A DNA stretch of 64,000 nucleotides, taken from contig DATBKP010000173.1 of NCBI GenBank assembly GCA_036555785.1, forward strand, positions 21,299 to 85,298. The letters run 5' to 3'. Positions within the stretch are counted from its first letter, which is position 1. Every line of letters starts with the position of its first letter. Under the pieces are notes generated by a model. That model worked only from the letters and a program-made list of their open reading frames with translations, did no database searches and was not told where the DNA came from. Source of the DNA: Steroidobacteraceae bacterium. GTDB taxonomy: Bacteria; Pseudomonadota; Gammaproteobacteria; Steroidobacterales; Steroidobacteraceae. Below are positions 52,724 to 59,673 of this stretch, piece by piece. The translations under genes and the position numbers were made by a program.

Positions 52724-55477
52724 ATCCGCGCGCGCCTGCATGAGCACGGGATGATCCGGATCGACCGTGTTGGAGAGATGCGTCACTGCGGCTTCCAGCG
52801 CCTTACGCCCTCCAGCACGGTCGCCCGCGCGCAGCAGCGCGCGGCCGAGCCACAGCGACGTGACCCCGGTCTGATTGGAATAGCGCAAATCACCCTGAAA
52901 TCCGGCAGCGATCTTCACAGCGCGCCGCGCAGCCTCTACTGCACTATCTGGATCGTTCTCGGCCAAGGCTGTCATCGACAGCCCTAGGTACGCTTGCAGC
53001 GTGGTCGCCTCCGGGTCCTGCTTGTTGAGCACGTGCTCGAAACCAGCGCGCGCTTCCGCCAGCTTGCCGCGAGCCAGGTCGAGCCGACCGTGCAGGAACG
53101 TGTAAACGCGCGCAGGTGGACTGTCCGGCGGCGCAGAGGCGTGATCGATCAGGTGCGCCAGCCGGTTCAAATCCTGTTCGGCGCTGTCGAGCTCGCCGGT
53201 CTGGATCGCCAGCGAGCCTTTGCCGACCAGGCAGTGCATCTCGCTGAACTCGTCGTTGTGACGAATGGCGAGCTGGCACTCCTGGTCGAAAGCGGCGCGT
53301 GCCTGATCCCAGCGGCCGAGCGCTTGCAGCGCTTGCCCACGATTGCCGAGGGTCGTGGCCGTGAGCTCGACGTCCGGCCCGCGCTCACGCTCGATACGCA
53401 CGCTCTGGTCCAGCAACTCCAGTGCGCGGCGCGGTACGCCGGCGGCGAGCATCGTGATGCCCCAGTCGTTGAGGACTACGAGCGCTCCGTCGCTGTGCTC
53501 GCGGCCGAGCTCGCGATATTTGCGCAGCGCTCGCGCGAAGTACTGCTCCGCTTCACTGCCACGGCGGCTCAGCGAATGCGCGTAGCCTGCCGCACCGAGC
53601 AGAGCCGCCTCCACGCTGCCGCCGTTGCTCGCCTGGCGAGTCTTCTCGAGCCCGAGCTCGGCGTCGCGCAATGCCTCGGCCGGATGTTGCTCGGCGAGAT
53701 GGATCGTCGCGGTGTTGAACAGGCACTGGCTCGCGGTCTGCGGATCCGTGTCGCTGCGTGCGACTTCGGCGTAAATGGCCCGCAGCCACGGCGCGGAATT
53801 GCCGAGGTCGGCGGATGCCGCCGCGTGCTTGCACGTCAGCCTCGAGCGCAGCGCGTGGTCGCTCGACTGGGTCGTCAGCTGCAACGCGCGTGCGAACAAC
53901 GGCTCGGCGCGTTCCGCATTGTCCGTGGAGACGTAGCGATCGGCGATCATCTCGAGCACGGCCGCGCGGTTTTCCGGGCTGCCGCTCGTGTCGTTCAGCG
54001 CGAGTTTCTCGCTGCGCGTGAGCAGCTCGTTGACGGTGATCGGCGTCTGCGACGCGGCGGCGTCCGTGATCATCCGGCCGAGGAACTCGGTCACCGCTTC
54101 GTTGCGGGACGCGAATGCCATGGCACGATCGCGCTCCGCGGCTGCCGAGCGTGCTTGCCAGATCGCCACCGCGGAGCCGCTCAGCAGCGCGAGGCTGGCA
54201 ACCGCCGCCGCGACCACCGGCACTCTGTAGCGAGCAGTGAAGCGGCCCACGCGATACCAGAGGCTGTCCGGTCGCGCGCTCACCGGCAGGTTGTTCAGAT
54301 AGTTGAGGATGTCCTGCGTGAACGCGCTCACCGACGAATAGCGCTCCAGCGGATTGCGTTTGAGCGCCTTGAGCACGATGGTGTCGAGGTCGCCGGCGAG
54401 CGTGCGGGCGAGGGCGCGCTCCGACATGCCGCGTGCCGCTGCCACCTGCGACGAGAACTTGTTCTGGCTCGGCCGCCGCAGATCCTCCTTGAGGATCGCT
54501 TCCTCGAGCGCGGCGCGCGAGTCGTACTTCAGGCGATAGGGACGCACGCCGGTCAGCAGCTCGTACAGCACGACGCCGAGCGAGTAGATGTCCGAGGCGG
54601 TGGTCAGCGGCTGCCCGGCGATCTGCTCGGGCGATGCGTAGCCCGGCGTGAACAGCCGGCCGGACATCTGCGTGAGCTCGGTTTCCTCGGCGGTGTCCTG
54701 GGTGAGGAGCTTGCCGATGCCGAAGTCGAGCAGCACGACGCGCCCGTCGGCCGTCACCAGGATGTTCGATGGCTTGAGGTCGCGATGGATCACCAGCTCG
54801 GCGTGGGCGAACTGCACCGCGTCCATGGCCTGGATGAACAGGCGCAGCCGGCCGCGAACGTCGAGCAGGCGCTCGTCGCAGTTGTGGATCAGCTGCGTGC
54901 CGGCGATGTACTCCATCGCCAGATAGGGTTGGCCCGAATCGCTGATGCCGGCGTCGTACAGCCGCCCGATGTTGGGATGCGTGAGCGCCGCGAGGATGTC
55001 GCGCTCGCGCAGGAAGCGCTCGACCTGCATGCGCGGCCCTGTCAGCGGCAGCTTGAGCGCGACGTCGCGCTTCAGCTGGCCGTCGCTGCGCTCGGCGAGC
55101 CAGACGCAGGCCATGCCGCCGACACCGATCTCGCGGATCAGTCGATACGGGCCGACGAGGGCGCCGGTCGCCCAGCCGTGGCGCGCCTTGGGATCCGCGC
55201 CCGGTCCGGTCAGCCGGGCGGCATGGCGGGCGACGATGTCGCGCAGCGCCGGCGCGAGGCTCTCGACGCCCGCGAACGCGGAGCCCTCGAGGAATCCCGC
55301 CGCATTCAGCGCTTCGCGCTGCGCGAGCAGGGCGCGGACGGCTTTGGCAACGTCCGGTCGCCGCTCATCCAGTTCCTCCAGCCAGGTCGCGCAGGACTGC
55401 CCGTCCAGCTGCAAGGCCCGATCGAAGTAAGGCTCGACATCCGTCCACGCCAGCTCCTCGCGGTCCGGCACCTGCAT
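52658..55477 (-). CDS. Ser/Thr protein kinase with TM helix and extracytoplasmic TPR array
   Basis: ATG at 55477. Kinase motifs DVALKL, HRDLKPSNILV, DFGIGK, GYASPEQ. TM helix VPVVAAAVASLALLSGSAVAIW. About 450 aa of TPR follow. Confidence 0.9.
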   Translation of the reverse strand: MQVPDREELAWTDVEPYFDRALQLDGQSCATWLEELDERRPDVAKAVRALLAQREALNAAGFLEGSAFAGVESLAPALRDIVARHAARLTGPGADPKARHGWATGALVGPYRLIREIGVGGMACVWLAERSDGQLKRDVALKLPLTGPRMQVERFLRERDILAALTHPNIGRLYDAGISDSGQPYLAMEYIAGTQLIHNCDERLLDVRGRLRLFIQAMDAVQFAHAELVIHRDLKPSNILVTADGRVVLLDFGIGKLLTQDTAEETELTQMSGRLFTPGYASPEQIAGQPLTTASDIYSLGVVLYELLTGVRPYRLKYDSRAALEEAILKEDLRRPSQNKFSSQVAAARGMSERALARTLAGDLDTIVLKALKRNPLERYSSVSAFTQDILNYLNNLPVSARPDSLWYRVGRFTARYRVPVVAAAVASLALLSGSAVAIWQARSAAAERDRAMAFASRNEAVTEFLGRMITDAAASQTPITVNELLTRSEKLALNDTSGSPENRAAVLEMIADRYVSTDNAERAEPLFARALQLTTQSSDHALRSRLTCKHAAASADLGNSAPWLRAIYAEVARSDTDPQTASQCLFNTATIHLAEQHPAEALRDAELGLEKTRQASNGGSVEAALLGAAGYAHSLSRRGSEAEQYFARALRKYRELGREHSDGALVVLNDWGITMLAAGVPRRALELLDQSVRIERERGPDVELTATTLGNRGQALQALGRWDQARAAFDQECQLAIRHNDEFSEMHCLVGKGSLAIQTGELDSAEQDLNRLAHLIDHASAPPDSPPARVYTFLHGRLDLARGKLAEARAGFEHVLNKQDPEATTLQAYLGLSMTALAENDPDSAVEAARRAVKIAAGFQGDLRYSNQTGVTSLWLGRALLRAGDRAGGRKALEAAVTHLSNTVDPDHPVLMQARADLSDALHGTATRNNQDHQYAER

Positions 55478-55563
55478 CTTGAGTCTCCCCACGCCCGGCG
55501 CTCCCCGGCGGTCCGGGCGCAATACCGGCGTAAGTACCCGCCGCCGGTGTTCAGATTCTAGGC

Positions 55564-55587
55564 GACCCGGCCGCCGGCGGCCGGGTC
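55564..55587. repeat. Perfect 24-bp palindrome GACCCGGCCGCCGGCGGCCGGGTC
   Basis: All 12 base pairs checked position by position. It lies in the divergent region between the kinase and the small secreted paralogs. Confidence 0.95.
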
Positions 55588-55622
55588 CTGCGGACCCTGA
55601 CACTTCTACACATAACGGGGAG

Positions 55623-55642
55623 CCCCGCCCGACCCCGCCCGA
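55623..55642. repeat. Tandem direct decamer CCCCGCCCGA x2
   Basis: Read directly: 55623-55632 and 55633-55642. Confidence 0.95.
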
Positions 55643-55731
55643 TCGTGCGACAGGAGCTTGCAAAGCCGGTAGCGAATGTGTGCAATCGCCCGCTCGGGGG
55701 CCTTCCTGTCATTTGAACCTGGGGAGAATTC

Positions 55732-56178
55732 ATGCGAATTGCGGTGACGACGGCATTGACCACGGTACTGACGATGGTTGCGGCGATTGCCTGGGCCCAG
55801 GAGCCCAGCCCTGCGCAGACGAAGACGGAAGCAACGCAGGAAGCTGCGCCGGCGAATTCCGTCGACCCGGCTGCCCCCGAACAGACGACCGAGCAAGCGA
55901 CTGAAGAGGCCACCGCCGAACAGGCGACCGAGGAAAAGGCTGCGGACGAGAGCAAGGCCGAGGAAAAGGCTTTCAAGGTGCCGGCCGGTTATCGGGCCAA
56001 GCGCGTCAACGGCAAGCTGGTGTACTGCGCCGAAAACGTCGTGTCCGGCTCGCGCTTCGGCAAGGAGAAGTGCCGCACCGAGGCGCAGCTGCGTGCGCTC
56101 GAACGGCAGAAGGAAGCCGCCACGATGCGGCAGAATCAGGGCACTTGCCCGGGCGCAACCGCCTGCGTTAAGAACTGA
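55732..56178 (+). CDS. Small secreted protein, tandem paralog 1 (acidic low-complexity linker + C-x14-C ... C-x5-C domain)
   Basis: GGGGAGA upstream of ATG 55732. Signal peptide MRIAVTTALTTVLTMVAAIAWA. C-terminal domain PAGYRAKRVNGKLVYCAENVVSGSRFGKEKC...CPGATAC. Confidence 0.75.
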   Translation: MRIAVTTALTTVLTMVAAIAWAQEPSPAQTKTEATQEAAPANSVDPAAPEQTTEQATEEATAEQATEEKAADESKAEEKAFKVPAGYRAKRVNGKLVYCAENVVSGSRFGKEKCRTEAQLRALERQKEAATMRQNQGTCPGATACVKN

Positions 56179-56211
56179 TCACTGGCTACAGGCCACAGGA
56201 TGGGGACTGTC

Positions 56212-56634
56212 ATGCGTACTGCGTTGCTTGCGTCGACGTTGATGGTGGTCGCGGCGATGGCGTGGGCCGGCGACGAGCCCAGCGCTCCCGAGCAGAAGGC
56301 GCCGCAGCAGAAGACCGAGGCAGCTGCGGATACCGCAGCCAAGCAGGCCGAGCAGGCTAGGGCCGCCGATGACACGAAGACTGCATCGGCCGTCGCTCCG
56401 CAGGAGGATGACCAGGTGCCGTTCAAGCCGCCGGCCGGCTACCGGCCGAAGCGCATCAACGGCGAGCAGGTCTGGTGTGCGAAGCAGGTCGTGCTCGGCT
56501 CGCGCTTCGCCAAGGACGATTGCCGCAACGAGGCCGAGTTGCGCGAGATGATCCGCAACAAGGAATCGATGCGCACCGACATGGACCAGCGCCTCAAGAC
56601 CTGCACCAGCAAGGCCGGCTGTTCCTGGAACTGA
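56212..56634 (+). CDS. Small secreted protein, tandem paralog 2
   Basis: ATG 56212 (MRTALLASTLMVVAAMAWA) aligns with the paralog 1 start; ATG 56200 is the alternative. C-terminal domain PAGYRPKRINGEQVWCAKQVVLGSRFAKDDC...CTSKAGC. Confidence 0.75.
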   Translation: MRTALLASTLMVVAAMAWAGDEPSAPEQKAPQQKTEAAADTAAKQAEQARAADDTKTASAVAPQEDDQVPFKPPAGYRPKRINGEQVWCAKQVVLGSRFAKDDCRNEAELREMIRNKESMRTDMDQRLKTCTSKAGCSWN

Positions 56635-56656
56635 CACGGCTGATCTGCAAAGCGAC

Positions 56657-56693
56657 GGCGCGGGACCCGCTGGGCACCGCGCCGTTTTCTTTT
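56657..56693 (+). terminator. Rho-independent terminator after the tandem paralogs
   Basis: Stem GGCGCGG (56657-56663) pairs with CCGCGCC (56677-56683). An inner CCC/GGG helix closes on a gct loop. It is followed by GTTTTCTTTTG. Confidence 0.6.
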
Positions 56694-56709
56694 GCGCGCG
56701 ATTCGTGGC

Positions 56710-57621
56710 TCAGGGCGCGGGCCGCGCGTTGCCGCCGTCCATCAGGAAGCGCCACCCCGCATCGGTCCGCACCCACACGGTCAGATACTTCGAATAGGAA
56801 GACGAGCCGTTGAAGGTGTAGGTGCCGTGGCCGATGCTCCAGCCGAGATCGCCGCTGCCGGCAGCCTCGGTGCGCAGCGGATACCAGCTGAGCATTTCGG
56901 CCGGCGTCCAGCCGCTCCACGCGAACTCCACGCCGGCGTGGTTGTAGAAGAAGCTGCCGCCGGTGACGATCACCGACTCCGGCATGTCGTAGCTGGTGAA
57001 CGCGACGGTGTAACCCTGAGCGATGCTCAGGTCCGCAAAGCGCGAGTCGGCGGTCGCGATCTCCAGGCGCTGCGCCGCCGGGAGACCCGGTTTCACGACC
57101 GCCGCCGCGCCGTCAACGATCAGCGCATCGGCCGGAACGTGAGCGAGCGCCGCGCTGCTCGCAAGACGCAGGAAGCCCTGCACGCGCCAGCCGTCGTCGC
57201 GCTTCTTCCACATCGCGATGAAGCGCCCGTACTGGGTCACCGCCGGCGCATTCTTCGGCGCAGTGATCTCTTCCAGCCAGCCCACGGTGTAACCAAGCGA
57301 ACCGTCCGCGCTCGCCTGCCCGGCGATCCGGTGCAGCAGCGTGCGCACCGAGCGCGGCTGCAGATAGATCGTCTTGAGGAACGTACGCGTGGCCTCGCGC
57401 CCGGTGATGATCTCCTGGTCCGGATGCAGGTAGGCGACGTCGTTGCTCAGGTTCGGCACGAAGCCGTCGATGGCGCCGTTGAGCTCGAAGTCGCGCGCGA
57501 AGCGGTCGTGGGCGCGCAGCAGGGATTCGGTGTTCTGAGCAGGATCGTGCGTGGCGCCGGCCGTGTACGGCGCGAGTGCGCAGCAGATCATCAAGGTCAA
57601 CGCGGCAAATAAACTTCTCAT
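56710..57621 (-). CDS. Secreted protein with two SnoaL-like/DUF4440 (NTF2-fold) domains
   Basis: Signal peptide MRSLFAALTLMICCALAPYTAGA. Two halves each end in a W(R/K)..(GF/MD) pattern typical of NTF2-like domains. Confidence 0.65.
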   Translation of the reverse strand: MRSLFAALTLMICCALAPYTAGATHDPAQNTESLLRAHDRFARDFELNGAIDGFVPNLSNDVAYLHPDQEIITGREATRTFLKTIYLQPRSVRTLLHRIAGQASADGSLGYTVGWLEEITAPKNAPAVTQYGRFIAMWKKRDDGWRVQGFLRLASSAALAHVPADALIVDGAAAVVKPGLPAAQRLEIATADSRFADLSIAQGYTVAFTSYDMPESVIVTGGSFFYNHAGVEFAWSGWTPAEMLSWYPLRTEAAGSGDLGWSIGHGTYTFNGSSSYSKYLTVWVRTDAGWRFLMDGGNARPAP

Positions 57622-57743
57622 GACGGCAATCCTGTTGCGTTCGGGGGACGGCAGGATGCAGCGCCAGGAAATACGCGTTCAATGCGCACGCCGTGAACGG
57701 CGAGCGTCGTGCAGCGAACGGTGCTTTGCGTGCAGCGAAGCGC

Positions 57744-58502
57744 TCAGCGGATGCCGAGCGTTTGCGCAACCTGCTGGCGTCGCGAACGGCTGACGCGCAG
57801 TTTCGTGCCGTCGTCGAGCACGACCAGCACTTCGGCGTCCGCGGCGCGTTCCAGTCGCTGCACGCGCTGCAGGTTGACGAGCGCGCCGCGGTGGATGCGC
57901 ATGAACTGCTGCGGCCCGAGCCGGTCGGCCAGATCCTGCAGCGATTCGCGCACGAGGTGACAGGCGCCGCGAACGTGCACTTGCGCGTAGTAGTCGGCCG
58001 CCTCGATCCACTCGATATCGCGAATGTCGACCATCACCACGCGCCGCCCCTCGTTGAGCGCGATGCGTTCGGCGCGTTGCGGCTCGCGTGGCGCCGCCTC
58101 GGTTGCGATGTCGTGAGCGAGCCGCACGAGGCTGCGCGTGCGGATCGCGGCTTTCGCCCGCGTCAGCGCACGCTCGAAGCGCTCGTCGTCGAACGGCTTC
58201 AGCAGATAGTCCGCGGCGTCCGAGTCGAAGGCGCGCACTGCGTGCTCGGCATGCGCGGTGATGAAGATCACGATGGGACGCTGCGCCAGCTCACGCAGGG
58301 CGGCGAAACCATCGGCATGCGGCATCTGCACGTCGAGCAGCAGCAGGTCCGGCGCGAGCCGACGCACCAGCTCCTGCGCCTCCCGCCCGTCGCACGCTTC
58401 GCCGACTACCGTGACTTGCGCGTCTTTCGCCAGCAGGCCGCGCAACATGCGCCGTGCGAGCGGCTCGTCGTCAGCGATGACGGTGCGGATCGGCGCGTTC
58501 AT
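57744..58502 (-). CDS. LytR/AlgR-family response regulator (REC + LytTR)
   Basis: Receiver motifs VIADDEP...DLLLLDVQMP. LytTR region DIEWIEAADYYAQVH...FMRIHRGALVN. ATG 58502 shares one nt with the kinase TGA stop. Confidence 0.9.
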   Translation of the reverse strand: MNAPIRTVIADDEPLARRMLRGLLAKDAQVTVVGEACDGREAQELVRRLAPDLLLLDVQMPHADGFAALRELAQRPIVIFITAHAEHAVRAFDSDAADYLLKPFDDERFERALTRAKAAIRTRSLVRLAHDIATEAAPREPQRAERIALNEGRRVVMVDIRDIEWIEAADYYAQVHVRGACHLVRESLQDLADRLGPQQFMRIHRGALVNLQRVQRLERAADAEVLVVLDDGTKLRVSRSRRQQVAQTLGIR

Positions 58503-59575
58503 CACGCTGCCGCCGCCAGCGGGATGCGGATTCTTGCGGTCGTCGCTGCGTCCGACGTGGCAATTTCCAGCGCGAAATGCTCGGCGCCGTACAAGTGCTC
58601 GAGCCGCTCGCGCGTGGATTCCAGCCCGAGTCCGAAACCCGCCTGCTGCTGCGCCGGCTCGTGGCCAGGCGTCCCGCCGCTATTGCTGACCGTCAGGGCC
58701 AGGTAGTCGCCTTCGCGCTTCGCCGCGATCGACACCAGAGTTGCGCCGCTGTGCCGCTCGACACCGTGGCGCACGGCGTTTTCGACGAACGGCTGCAGCA
58801 CCAGCGCCGGGACCAGCGCCTGCGCGAGCAGCGGATCCAGGTGCACTTCGGTGGTCAGGCGGTTCTCGAACCGCAACCGCTCGATCCGCAGGTAATGCTC
58901 CGCCCATGCGACTTCCTGCTGCAGCGGAATGCGCACGTCGCCGTCGGTCGAGAGCACGACGCGCAGCAGGTCGCCGAGCGCGACCAGCGCCGCCAGTGCC
59001 TTGTCCGGATCGCCGAGCCGGATCAGCGCCGCGATGGTGTTCAGCGAGTTGAACAGGAAGTGCGGCTGCAGCCGGCGCGTCAGCGCTTCGAGCCGCGCTT
59101 CCGCCAACCGCTGCTCGAGCTCGGCGGAGCGAACGCGGTTGCTTGCGAGCTCGCGCGCATAGATGACTGCGTAGCCGGCGCCGGCGACGGCGGCGTAACT
59201 GAAGACGTTGATGAAGGCCTGATCGTAGAACTCGCCGAGCAGCGACTTGTGCGGGATGCGGACCGCGACGTAGAAGACCAGGTCCAGCAGCACATCCCCG
59301 ACGCAGAACGCGAAGCCCAGCACTGTGTGCATCGCCAGACTGCGCCAGCGCCGCGCACGGTCCAGCGGCAGCAAGTCGCAGAGCGCGATGATGCAAGGCG
59401 AGATCGCGCCCCACAGCACCATGGTCCACACGAATGCATAAAACTCGTCGCGCTGCAGGCCGGGCGCCTGCGGCCCGACCATGACCAGGTCGCGCGTCAG
59501 CACGAACAGCGCGAGCGCCAGCCAGGCGGTGAGCGACGCAATCCAGACGGATCTCGATTTGAGGAGGGGAGGCAT
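58502..59575 (-). CDS. LytS-type sensor histidine kinase (His_kinase/HATPase)
   Basis: Five to six TM segments. LQPHFLFNSLNTIAALI is the H-box of the LytS family. The HATPase part carries FVENAVRHG. ATG at 59575 is preferred over the track TTG at 59632. Confidence 0.85.
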   Translation of the reverse strand: MPPLLKSRSVWIASLTAWLALALFVLTRDLVMVGPQAPGLQRDEFYAFVWTMVLWGAISPCIIALCDLLPLDRARRWRSLAMHTVLGFAFCVGDVLLDLVFYVAVRIPHKSLLGEFYDQAFINVFSYAAVAGAGYAVIYARELASNRVRSAELEQRLAEARLEALTRRLQPHFLFNSLNTIAALIRLGDPDKALAALVALGDLLRVVLSTDGDVRIPLQQEVAWAEHYLRIERLRFENRLTTEVHLDPLLAQALVPALVLQPFVENAVRHGVERHSGATLVSIAAKREGDYLALTVSNSGGTPGHEPAQQQAGFGLGLESTRERLEHLYGAEHFALEIATSDAATTARIRIPLAAAA

Positions 59576-59673
59576 GGGGTTGAAGCTTGCGCGTAAACAA
59601 TACACCCATGTCGGGTGTTCATCACTCGACAACGTCGTCCTGGCAGGCGTATTGGTTGGCTGGGGGTATCAAC

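Noticed and set aside
55479-55976. 141-aa ORFs on both strands covering the kinase/small-protein intergenic region
   Set aside because: Pro/Arg/Gly-rich shadows. They overlap the supported small secreted protein gene and the palindrome and decamer repeats, and lack convincing starts.
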